Assembly (NCBI RefSeq): GCF_001194135.2
Contig: NC_068982.1
Span: forward strand, 48,683,308-48,747,307
Direction: 5' to 3'
Source: Octopus bimaculoides
Taxonomy: Eukaryota
Length of the DNA stretch: 64,000 nucleotides
Position numbers and translations under genes: made by a program. This document shows, piece by piece, positions 1-11,615 of the stretch. The notes under the pieces are model-generated. The model had not been told where the DNA came from. It saw nothing but the letters and a program-made list of their open reading frames with translations, and ran no database searches. Positions within the stretch are counted from its first letter, which is position 1, and each line of letters begins with the position of its first letter.

Positions 1-221
1 TGGTTTCAGATTTTGGCACAAGGCCAGCAATTTTGGGGTAGGGGTTAAATCGATTACATTAGCCCCAGTGTTCAACTGATACTTCTTTAATGAACCCCTG
101 AAAGGATGAGAGGCAAGCTGACCACAGTGGAATTTGAACTCAGAATATAAAGACATGAAATATTGCTAAGCACTTTACCCAGTGTGCTAATGATTCTACT
201 AGCTCACTGCTTTTGATGATG

Positions 222-252
<31 letters not shown>

Positions 253-259
253 TAACCAC

Positions 260-595
260 AGCAATTATAAAATTTGGAGCATGTGTATAATAATAAGAAG
301 AATTTGGAGCATGCGAACAGTAAAGGTCATGCCTATAATAATTGGTGCATTGAGAACAGTAAGCAAAGATATAGACAAATGGCTGAGGGAGAATGAAATA
401 AAATACCTACTTGAGCTCCAACAGAAAGTTTGTCTCTTAGAGATAGGAAGGATATTCAGGAGGGTCCTAAGCACTTAAAAAAGACTGCTGGAAACTTGTG
501 GATACCTAAGGTTACAAGTAATAATCTGCTTTCCACATAATCCCTACCAAGAATAAGACTGAACCTGAGACAAACCAAAATAATAATAATAATGC
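260..595 (+). mobile_element. 3' end of a Dong/R4-like (restriction-like endonuclease) non-LTR retrotransposon
   Basis: ORF 281-478 (RRIWSMRTVKVMPIIIGALRTV...ELQQKVCLLEIGRIFRRVLST*) fits the C-terminal pattern of R4/Dong ORFs (PvviGalG...lQk..llgtarilRkvL). It is followed by a short 3' UTR and a (TAA)n tail, with (TAA)n also at the 5' side (about 219-250). Confidence 0.75.
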
Positions 596-599
596 TATC

Positions 600-745
600 T
601 GAATATTTCTTAGGAAGTTTTCAGATGGCAACAATACTTAGAACAACTCATGTGTTGAAGAAAGTGTTGTGCCTCTAAGCTGCAAGATTGAGCTGGAATG
701 TGACATAGATAAATCAGTAAAGTAAATAGAAAGAATGATAATAAT
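600..745 (+). mobile_element. Second, shorter Dong/R4-like 3' fragment
   Basis: Translates as LGSFQMATILRTTHVLKKVLCL*, the same terminal helix pattern, ending in TAA-like repeats. Confidence 0.45.
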
Positions 746-2000
746 GTATTGCAGGGATATAATATTGAAGACATGTGCAAAAAGTGAAATAGTTTATTGA
801 ATACTTCCGTTCTTTAAATTCTCTCATTGTTGAATAGTTTTCTTCTTTATTTTCTGTATAAACTTAAACAATCAAGTGATTGAAAGGTTGGATTTTATAT
901 GCTGGTCTTGTGAAGCAGAAGAGTTAAAGCAAATAAGGGAGACAAGCATGACTATCCAAATTTCAACACTTTGTTTGGAATGTTTATGTTTGTATTGAAA
1001 GAAATGGAAAAATAATGTGAGAATTTAACAAACACTGTATTTGGTAAATAAACTATTTTAAGTTTTTACTTATGTTTTTATTCACTAAAATACATCTTTA
1101 TTACTTTTGTAAGCAAATACGCTCATATCTTGCATGCCTTTGTTATTTTGTGATAGTATAATAATAATAAAAAAAGTAAATGGTATATGTTTCTCAATAA
1201 AACCCATTTTCAAACTGTAAATAAACGTTTTCAAGACCATTTTCCATTTTTTTAAACCCTAAAATAGTGATTCTGATATAGCATAATAAAAAGAGCAAAT
1301 GCAGTTCTCAAATAAACTACCTTAACCCACTCACATTCAGATTTCTCTGTCATATATAGATCTTATTCAGTCACATTGCTTTGAATTAATCATACATTTT
1401 CTTGTATTACCAAGATTTTGAAGATACGACTGTTTAATTTTAGAATGACATTGTAGGATAGGTGTGAGAGGCTAGATCTAGCTGTTTTCAACATATAACA
1501 GGTAGAATATTTGGGCTGGATATGGCTAGTTTAAATACTAAAGAGCTAAAGCTACAATTTTGTTTTTAAATAATTACTCTGATAAAGCAAAATAAAAAAA
1601 AAGTAAACGTTAAATATTTCTCAAATAAACTCTTTTTTAAGACTGTAAAGAAATATCTTTTAAGGCTGATTTTCATACTTTATCCTTAATCCTTTAGCAT
1701 TTCATATTGAGCCATATCGAGCCTGAATACTTTACCTGTTTTATGTTCAGACCAACCAGATACACACCTACCTTACAATGTAATTCTAAAACTAAACCAT
1801 TACATCATAGAAATTTCAAAGCTATGAGATAATACATGATTAATTCAAAACACTGTAAATAAATAAGCATTAGATTCGATAGAGTATTATAAAATTCAGT
1901 GGCCTGTGTGTTTGGTCTTTCAAGCATTGTTTTTTATATTGTAGATTATTTAATGAATGCCTTATCAAACAAGTTCTGTTGTGTCTGGGGATAGTCTTTT

Positions 2001-2122
2001 TTTTTTGTGCCTTATAATTTAACACACTCACCAGTAAAATTTCCATTTATTTCTTATTTTTATTTTCCTAAAGTAAGAAATAAATTTTACTGGTGAGTGT
2101 GTTAAATTATAAGGCACAAAAA
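2001..2122. mobile_element. Fold-back, MITE-like palindromic element
   Basis: Perfect 36-bp inverted arms (GTGCCTTATAATTTAACACACTCACCAGTAAAATTT at 2007-2042, reverse complement at 2082-2117), plus further imperfect inner pairing. Confidence 0.8.
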
Positions 2123-4209
2123 GAAAATGATTCTCCCCAAACACAACAGAATATGCTTCAACACACGAACTTACATAAAGAATCTTGCAAACCAAATCCA
2201 AAAACGAAATTATCAAACAAGATTTATTATAAATATGTTAAACTGACAAATTCTGAGGTAAAGTCGTCATGATTTTTCATGCCATGCTCTACTATAGAGC
2301 CAATCATTATAATATAAAGTTATTTTAATAATTGACCTTGTTGAGCTCCCACCAATCCTGACCAAGAAACCTTATGATCAAAAGCATTCCAGCGGAGATC
2401 ACTGACACTTCACACCACATTAAGCAACGTATCTGCATCCTTTCTTTGAGACAGTACATTGTGATGTCAGTAGTATTTGGTTGCTATTTCTAGTCAGTTG
2501 AATAACTATATGTATGCTCCCTCAATGCCTTGTTATTTTTATAGTTAAATCTGAATTTCTCCGGTGCAAATCCCAGTTATTACCACACAGCTAATGCAAT
2601 ATTTTTTATTAATTACTTTCTTGTACATGAGATAATAAATTAGAGTAGTTGCATTATTAAATTTTTAAGATGTTATTATTTTCTTGTTTTTAACATTTGT
2701 CTAATGACATCGATATATTTCAGTCTGATACCTGTTGAAAATGATATGACAAAAATCATTTAAAAATGTATGCATTCCTCATTTGCTTTTTTTCTCTTTA
2801 TTCATTCCTCCTTTGTGACAAGACTACATCAAGTAATATTAACTTCAAAGAGCTTAACTAACTATAATTGCTTTCCCATGCAAAAGATACTTAAAGCTAC
2901 AAAATTAGCTTGTTAAAATTGAAATATGCATTAAAATAGCATGAAATTACTATCCTCTTGTGACATCGTGGTATTAAAGAATACGAGAAATTGGGAATGG
3001 TATGAAACAGAAAAGCCAATAACTTCTGCTTGATATGGACATTTAACAGGGGATTACATTTTACTGATAGTAAACTAACTTAACCATTATAGTCACTTTG
3101 GGACAATGTGACATATTTATAAGTGGTTGCTTTATGATTTTTGTAATTTATCTTAGTTTGATCTTATTATCTTGGGGTTACTAATTCAAAGGAAAGCTCT
3201 CCTGCATTATTTTCAACTGCCTGAAAGCATACAGCTAAATGTCTGTAGTTACTATTTTATACATGTATTTTTATTTACTACATATCTACTTCAATGGTTA
3301 ATCTATAAGAGATATAATTAATGATATGTATTTACATTTACTTTTGTATGTGCTCATATGTATATGCACAAATGTGAAATACATGCTTGAAATTGCTAGA
3401 AAAACGTGTATAAATAGGTATTTATTCAAATATTCTAATACTCTAATGTTTGCTTCAATCCAATCATTGTAAATAGATATCAAATAATAACAACAGTTAT
3501 TATACAGAAAGTTTGGGAAATATCAAACGTATATAATAACATTGTCACAAATGTTATCATAATAAAGGAATCATATAAATATACATCAATTTTTGAATAG
3601 AGATAAATAAAAATAATAGTAAAATATACAAAGATTAATATTGTTAATTGTATATTCATGTGAGACAGCATTAATATTTGTTTCATGATTTTTATCAGCT
3701 ATTAAACTTTCCATGTATAATCAAAACAGTGAGTTTGTGTTTATTTCTCCAACATCCAAAATAAACCACAGCAGTGGGAAATGTAGTAATTAGAAAAACA
3801 TAATAGGAGTTAGATAACATTTTTCTCTGGTCATCAGAACATTGGGCAGAATTTCTTTGCAGTATTTGTTTTGACTGTCTAAGCTCTGAATGTTGCCAAG
3901 ATCAATATTGCCTTTCATGCTTTTGGGGGTTCATCCCAAAATAACTAAGCCAGGGCAAGAGGTTGGTGGGACTGTTAGAACGTCATGTGAAACACCTTGC
4001 AGTATCTACATTGGTTCTCTGTATCTTGATGACAATGCCTGCAGTAACACTGGGGACAGACTGTTGTAGCTTTTCAGAAAAGGCTTTGCATAAGACAACA
4101 TTAGTGGCATTGAAAGAGAGTTCTTTATGACCATCTGTTCCACAAAAATACTTTGCTCAAGCCAGTACATATAGGTGCATATACAAGGTCAATCCATATA
4201 TATATATAT

Positions 4210-4547
4210 GGTGTCATGTATAAAGCACCTGTGCTGCTGTTACATAAAAAGCACCCATGCTGGTTCCACATAAAAAGCACTCGTGCTGGTGGCACATAAA
4301 AAGCACATATGCTGGTGCTATGTCAAATGCACCCATGGTGGTGCCACGTAAAAATCACCCATGCTGGTGTCACATAAAAAGCACCCAGTATACTCTGAAA
4401 AGTTGTTGGCATCAGGAAGGGCATCCAGCTGTAGAAACCATGCCAAAACAGACAACTGGACCCTGATGCAGCTCCCCAGCTTGCCAGATCCTGTCAAACC
4501 ATCCAGACCATGCCAGCATCGAGAACAGACATTAGATGATGATGATT
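4210..4547 (+). mobile_element. (TGA)n-tailed SINE with an expanded internal 26-bp tandem repeat
   Basis: About 7 copies of CATGCTGGTGCCACATAAAAAGCACC-like units, then the family core (GGAAGGGCATCCAGCTGTAGAAACCATGCC) and a GATGATGAT tail. Confidence 0.8.
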
Positions 4548-4827
4548 ATGACATATCAGTATGTGTGATGGTATGTAGCCTAATGGTCAAGGTGTTAAAC
4601 ACACATGATCATTAGATTGTAGTTTCAATACCCCAACTGATGGGGGAATTGTGTTCTGGAGCAAAGCACTTCATTTCATGTTGCTCCAGTCCATTCAGCT
4701 GTAAACTGGTAACCCTGTGACAGAATGGCATAATCAGCAGGGTGGCATCATTCAAAAGCTACAATTCAAAGAAGCGCATAGTGACCAATGGTGTATAACA
4801 AAATCTGATAGGGTAGTTGATACAGTG

Positions 4828-4830
4828 CTA

Positions 4831-4864
<34 letters not shown>

Positions 4865-5045
4865 GATAGATAGATAGATAGATAGATAGTCAGAAAGACA
4901 GACTGACAAATGGATAAATAAACAGATAGAAAGACAGATAGACAGACAGACAAATAAATAGCTGGACATATAGTCAGACAGATAGATAGACAAAGAGACA
5001 GACAGATAAATAGATAGACAGATAGAATGATAAACAGATAGACAG

Positions 5046-5103
<58 letters not shown>
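4828..5103. repeat. Compound (TATC)n/(GATA)n/(GACA)n/(CA)n microsatellite
   Basis: Read directly from the sequence. Confidence 0.95.
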
Positions 5104-5108
<5 letters not shown>

Positions 5109-5699
5109 GATCATCAGCAAAAGTATAACATTCACCATTGCTTGCTGGCAGTTTAGTTACTAATTTACTGCATTATAGGAAAATTAGTAAAAGGATTGAG
5201 TAATAACAGGAGAAAGATTAAACAATTATTTAATTGTAAATAGTCACTGAATGGTAAAGGTTAGTTTATTATTTCTAAAGTTTTAAAATATATAAAGTGA
5301 AACTCTTTGGCTGACTTATTTAATTTTGAAATGGTGAAATGACTTTTCTATGATAAACGTAAAGAAAAAATATATTACCCAATATAGAAAGGAAATGTTT
5401 CTGAGTGTTTAATATTTATCTAATAAATGTACATTTGTTCAATCAATTGTGTATGCAATAAGAGAAATTCTAGAATTAAATATCTGTTGGTGCTAATAGA
5501 ATGTATTTGTAAATTCAATTACACAGTGCTAGACAGTATTTTACTCAAAGTAGGTTGCTATACAGAAATTAAATACTGAGTGAAATAGAGTACCAAAAAA
5601 ACAAGTTTATTGAAAAGGATTGCAATGTTACTCTGTTTTGTTTGCTCATTTGGAAGGAATATTTGCTATACCTCCATCAATATCAATATTAAACAAATA

Positions 5700-5915
5700 T
5701 GATAAGGCAGCAAGCTGGCTGAACTGTTTGCATGCTTGTAAGATGCTTAGTGGCATTTCATCCATCTTTACATTCTGAGTTCAAATTCCACCAAGGTTGA
5801 CTGCCTTTCATCTTTTCAAGGTTGATAAAACAAGTACCAGTTGAGCACTAGAGTCAAAGCAATAGACTTGCCATGCCTCCATAATTATTGGCCTTGCACC
5901 AAAAATTAGAAATCA
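5700..5915 (+). mobile_element. tRNA-related SINE with a Deu/Nin-domain-like core; one of many copies (also about 1-200-, 6320-6530+, 7560-7960+, 11420-11615-, 20160-20375-, 20835-21180+, 32040-32250+, 33035-33260-, 50690-50830+, 52140-52350+)
   Basis: Recurrent core TTCTGAGTTCAAATTC...GAGGTCRACTTTGCCTTTCATCCTTTC...GTCGATAAAATAAGTACCAGTTG...GGGGTCGAT, followed by GGCCTTGTGCCAAAATT(T/A)GAAA. Confidence 0.8.
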
Positions 5916-5919
5916 TCAT

Positions 5920-6310
5920 CGTCATCATCATCATCACTTAATGTCCGCTTTCCATGCTGGCATGGGTTGGATGGTTTGATATGGAGCTGGCCTATTGGGA
6001 GCAGTCCAGACTCCAATTGTTTGTTGTGGCATGGTTTCTATGGCTGGATGCCCTTCGTAATGCCTACCACTTAACAGAGTGTGCTGGGTGCTTTCTATGT
6101 GCCACTGACATGGGTACATCTATGCAGCACTGGCACAGGTGTGTTTATGAAGCACTGGCATGAGTGTTTTTTAGGTGGCACTATCATCTGAAAGGACAAG
6201 CTTGTATGTGTGAAAGACAGCGATTTGACTTAGCTTGATGTATCTTATCAAGTATAGCAAATTGCCACATCACCCAGTCCCTTGTCATTTCCTCAGTGAG
6301 GCCCAGTGTC
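5920..6310 (-). mobile_element. (TGA)n-tailed SINE; further copies at about 21840-22020-, 22245-22550+, 41530-41665+, 48870-49140-, 51010-51370+, 52370-52580-, 54200-54405+, 63765-64000-
   Basis: Shared motif (ATC)n...TTTAAYGTCCGYTTTCCATGCTRGCATGGGTTGGAYGGTTTGAC...CTGGATGCCCTTCCTAAYGCCAACCAC. Confidence 0.85.
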
Positions 6311-9214
6311 CACATCCTTAAAGGCAGTGAGCTGGAAGAATCATAAGCACAACAAGCAAAATGCTTAGCAGCATTTCATTTAACCTTATGTTCTCAGTTC
6401 AAATTCTGCCGAGGTCAACTTTGGCTTTCATCTTTTCAGAGTCGATAAAAAAAATACTAGTTATGCACTGGGGTTGATCTAATCAACTTACACCATCCCC
6501 TGAGCTTTGTGCCAAAATTTGAGACTAATATTACACCCTTAAGGCTCTAACATGTATTAATGCTACAGAGTATGTATGATTAGGAAGCTAGACATATATA
6601 ACATGACACATACATAAACATAAGTTCTGACTAATTTATATACATAGTGGTGGGCAAACAAATATATCGATACATGCACACATAATTACTCTGAGTTCAT
6701 TTCTGTACATACATAAATACACTCAAGAATTCACCAGCACATATATTAACTTCTAACTCCAAAATAATTAATTTCAACAGTTCATACACAAACACACATT
6801 TAAGCTTTCTCAAAATTTCATACTCACTGACATATGCATACAAATGTAAACAAATATATTTTCTGATTAGCAATCATTTAGCAATTTGAGAAGTAGTTTG
6901 TCTAGAGTTCACTATTTTTACAACTGCCTTGAAGACAAAAAAAATAAAATTTAACACAGAACAATTGCATTGAAAGTATTAGAGTATTAATGGAGGAATG
7001 ATTCATCCTGTACTTTGTTGACCTCCCCTTTGACATCTGTACTCTATGGACACAGAAACTGAAATGTACCTGAGATTTGAAATAGTAAAAAAGTATAAGT
7101 GACTATAAATATGATTCACTCTAATCATGTTTCCACTCCACATCTATGAATTTAAAAACATTAAAGAACTGGTGTCAAATACACTAGAATTGCCTCTATT
7201 TATACTGACAATTATTTATTGGAATTTTATGCTGCAAAGAAAGAAAATATAGGAACCAATAGTCTTTGCAAATAGATGTTGCAACTTAATTGGGAGATGA
7301 AACCAAATCAATACTAGGTCTACCTAGAGCATATAGCTGCAGCCAACTCAACTATAACTTTAGTCACAATAGTAATAACGCATTAAGTAGAAATGTAGAT
7401 CCTACATTTTTAGGAGGATGAGAAGGTGGATGATGACAAGGAGAGAAAGAGCAAAGAGGAGGAAATAAGGTTTTTGCAATAGTAATGTCTTTCTAAAAAG
7501 CAAACAAAAAAAAACATTTACAGTAAATAATGAAAAATAGCTTCAAATATGAACGTAATTTGTCATGAACTTGGCTCACTGAAATGTTTCTGCTCGACTC
7601 ACTGTAATGTTAACTCTTTACATTCTGAGTTCAATTTTGCCTTTCATTCCTCCAAGGTTGATAAAAATAAAGTACTATATAGGTGTAAATGGAATCAGTT
7701 AACTATTTCCCCACAAACCTCAGGTCTTGTGTTATTATTAGACGTAATTATAAGGTGGTGAGTGGCCCGAATTTCTAAAGCATTGAAAAATTCCTTTGCA
7801 ATATTTGTATTAAGTCTTTACAATTTGAGTTCAAATCCTGCCAAGGTTAATTTTGCCTTTATCTTTTCAGGGTCAAGAAAATAAAATAAAACACCCATCA
7901 AGTACTGAGTTGATTGTACTGACAAACCCCTCCCTTAAAATTTGTGCCAAAATTAGAAACAATTATCATTATTTGTTAATAATATTAATAATAATAAAAT
8001 TTTAAATTTCAACATGGACTACATATTCATATTGCTAATTTGGATAGCACAGGGAATTCTGATTACACATTAAGCAAACATTTTTAGAATGCTTAAGTTA
8101 ATTTTTGAAAATTCAAGTTTGAGATCTGAATTACAAGACAGCTCTAAAAATTTTTCTTAAACATTCAATGGAAACTCCATCACTAGTTCTGTTTCAACAG
8201 AGAATATTGTTTGTTCCCAATCTAATTTAAAATGTCTAGAAAATATTTTCATAGCCATTTTGTCATACATACCAAATGCTAGATTATGAATGGTTTAATC
8301 AAATTAAGTCAAATTATTTTCACAAACAAAAACCATTAGTGCATGAGAACATTTTAAATTTCAAGTGTCTAAGTATAATTTTCCACAGCATGTGTCCATA
8401 GATTTATTTTGTTTATGAACACATTTGTGTTTAACTTCCAAATTGAAAACTTTTTTGTTCTCTCTTTGCAGAGACACATTAAATTCATAAAGCTTTCCAC
8501 ATATGTCTGACAAATTTGTAAAGCCAATTCTGACTATAAAAATAGAATAATTTGGCAAGGTTGAAGTTCAGTTCTGACATTATTTGGTTTTCTCTACTAG
8601 ACATCTGGAAGCTCATATCTTTGATAAATCAAGATCTAACACCCTGGTATAGATTTGCTAATAGAGTTATTTGTTGTTCAATGCATAACTTCTAATAAAC
8701 TTAGTAATTTTAATTGCATCCTACATTTAGTGCACCTCAACTTTAAAAAAATTCTTTTAGATACTAACACCTTTTGATAAATTCATCTAGGTACTAATAA
8801 TACCTTTCGATAGATTATGCAATGGCTGCATCTAGAAGGGTTACTGCCTGTAGATTTACCTGTAACTTGAAATCCTACATTTTCTGCTACCATATACATC
8901 ATTGCTTCTGTTTGCTATAAGCAACACATGTATGTCATTGACTGTGCAAGATTTTTTTTAGCTTTTGTAATTAAGAATGAAACATCATATTTTTGAATTT
9001 TCAGAGATTTCAGCAATGTTTCAATAAAATGGAAAAATTTGCCTTGTATAGGAAACATGTCTAGTATCAAAATGTACTTTTTAATTTAAAAGCTTCATAC
9101 TTTCATTCAACAAATATATACTACATATTAAAAATACTAGACAGACAGTGATATTCATGCCTAAGAGCAAAAGCAAATCCAGACTATGAAAAATATTCAT
9201 TGCATTTCCTCTTT

Positions 9215-9230
9215 AGAGTGTGTGTGTGTG

Positions 9231-9269
<39 letters not shown>

Positions 9270-10240
9270 ACGCACAAGCACGCATGTACAGAAGCAAACG
9301 CACGCACGCACACACACACACGTACACAGTAACGCACATATACACAACATACACACACATACAAACACACACGCACAAAAACATACACATACACACACGC
9401 GCACGCACAAAATACACACACACACATACATACATACACACACACGCACACGTACCCAACACCTACAACCCCACACAGACACACGCACGCACATCCACAT
9501 ACACCCACACACACGCACCCCCTTCCGCACACGCACACACAAAAGACACATACACACACCGGCGCAAACGAACCCACATACACACACATGCAAATGAACC
9601 CACACGTAACTCCTACACATACACAACACGCACTCACACACACACCCAAGTATACATACATACATACACGCACACACATCACACACACACATACACATGC
9701 ACACACACAAGACACATACACACACATGTAGAACTGAACTCAGTTACACACATGCAAATGAACCCACACATAACTCCTACAAACACTCACACACAGGTGG
9801 ACATACATGGACACACACGCAAATGAACCCACACGTAACTCACATACACACACAACAAACAGTAACACATACACGCACACATACTACGCATACACACACA
9901 CACACACGAAATAACCCACGTGCGATCCACAGAGCAAACCGCACGCATATACACACACACGTACACACACACATATATATACACATACACACACGCACAC
10001 AAAAAAATACAGGCACACACTGCTAGGAAATCACACCCACACAGTACAGACACACACACACACACACACATACTCAAAAACTGCCTGCCTACTTTCTATT
10101 GACCATTGTCCACAACCACTCCCAAACTATTCCTTCTACTAATTCCTTCCACTACATCACACACACACACACTAACAGATAAACAGCCAAGCCACGCACA
10201 CACACATGCATACGTACACACACACACACACACACATATT
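9215..10240. repeat. About 1 kb degenerate (CA)n/(TA)n array with a recurring ~30-bp motif
   Basis: The motif ACACAYGCAAATGAACCCACACRTAACTC occurs near 9585, 9748 and 9815. This array accounts for the long His/Thr and Cys/Val pseudo-ORFs. Confidence 0.9.
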
Positions 10241-10514
10241 TATTTCCCTCTTGCACTCTTCTGTCTTAAAAAGAACTTTTCCTCCACCACTTCCTCTTCT
10301 GGTCCTTCCACAATGTAACCTCGTGGACATCGGTGGCGATTTTTTCTTCCTCTGTTTTTCCCTTCTTTGAACTTTCTTTGTTTCCGACGAAGAGCTCCGC
10401 TCGAAACGTCATACTCTCTCTCTTTCCTTTCCCAAACGTCTTGTAACACAATCTGTATCACGTCCTCACGTTGTTGTCTTTTTTGTTGTTTTTTGTCTTT
10501 TTCCTTTTTTTGAA

Positions 10515-10517
<3 letters not shown>
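10070..10517 (+). mobile_element. Probable Penelope-like element terminus containing a hammerhead-like motif
   Basis: Pyrimidine-rich terminal region with CCGACGAAGAGCTCCGCTCGAAACGTC and a T-rich end abutting (TA)n. Minimal hammerheads in PLE termini are established; the family assignment is inferred. Confidence 0.55.
10380..10414 (+). ncRNA. Minimal type-I hammerhead ribozyme-like motif (variant core, possibly inactive)
   Basis: C-C-GACGA (10384-90; canonical CUGANGA), an extra A, stem II GAGC/GCTC with a TCC loop, GAAA (10403-06), palindromic ACGT in place of stem III, and GUC ending at 10410. Stem I (GTTT/ATAC) has one mismatch. Confidence 0.55.
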
Positions 10518-10563
<46 letters not shown>

Positions 10564-11615
10564 CAGTTTCTTTAACTTAACACATTTTCCACTTCATGTC
10601 ACTGCTTGCAAATTTTACAACAGCACTATTATCTGCTGTGTTTTTTTCTTTTTTGTAGGGGAGGAAGGGATAAATTTAACCATTATTCCACAGGGGAGAA
10701 TTCTCAATTCTATGTAATAAAAGTTAACTACTATTTTGTAAATAACAATAAAAAATTTTTTTAAACAATATTTGATGCTTGTTAGTCATAATTAATTTAA
10801 ACTTATTAGTGTTTACATTGTATGATAATTTTTTTAAAAAAAGCCCTGCTTATATATTCATAGAATTAATTTTATATGATATAGAATTACTGTGGAAAAT
10901 AATAAAAAATTGCATCACTGTTTATTGATTTTTACGAGTAAATTACACATTTGTCATAATTAAATTATCTCAACAAGTACCTGCTACTGTGACACAGTTC
11001 ATTGCCGATAAATAATATATTTCCAGATTGAGAATTGAAAATTATCACTGTAAACATACTCTATTTACAATGCAAAAAGTCCTGTTGTTGTTCTTGTTGT
11101 TTACTCTGCCCACCTCATTACTTGTGTCTTGGTGTGCTTTGGTCAATTGGCGATCTCTTGACTCTGTATGAATTTCTATTGCATAATATAATTTGTACCT
11201 TTACACACAAACATATACACATACATAGATGATGCGTTGGAGCAACTGTAACCTATTGAACTGAATATAGTAAATACTTCCTGCAGACTAACAATGAGAT
11301 AAAATGCAATGTTGATGATGACTGGCAGTATTTAAACTCAATCATTAATCAATGAAACTAATTACTGGTCAATATTTTACCATCTGTTCTACCCTTATAG
11401 ATCTAATAATAATATCACAGTAAACTGTCTCAAAATAATTATTTCTACTATACTACAAAGTCTGAAATTTTGGGGAAAGGGACAGTCAATTACATCTACC
11501 CCAATGCTCAACTGGTACTTATTTCACTGCCCCACCCCCAAAAAGATGAAACGCAAAGTCAATACTGACTGAATTTGAACTTAGGGTGTTCGAAAGATGA
11601 TCGAAATGCAGCTAA

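Noticed and set aside
4210-4390. Possible CRISPR-like array
   Set aside because: The units are contiguous with no unique spacers, lie inside a SINE, and are in a eukaryotic context with no cas genes.
9184-10102. Long ORFs up to 208 aa (His/Thr or Cys/Val rich)
   Set aside because: Translations of degenerate (CA)n/(TG)n repeat, which lacks stop codons by composition.
10240-10461. Charged 73-aa minus-strand ORF that looks like a real exon
   Set aside because: It is the antisense of the pyrimidine-rich Penelope-like terminus; the purine richness explains the K/R/E bias.
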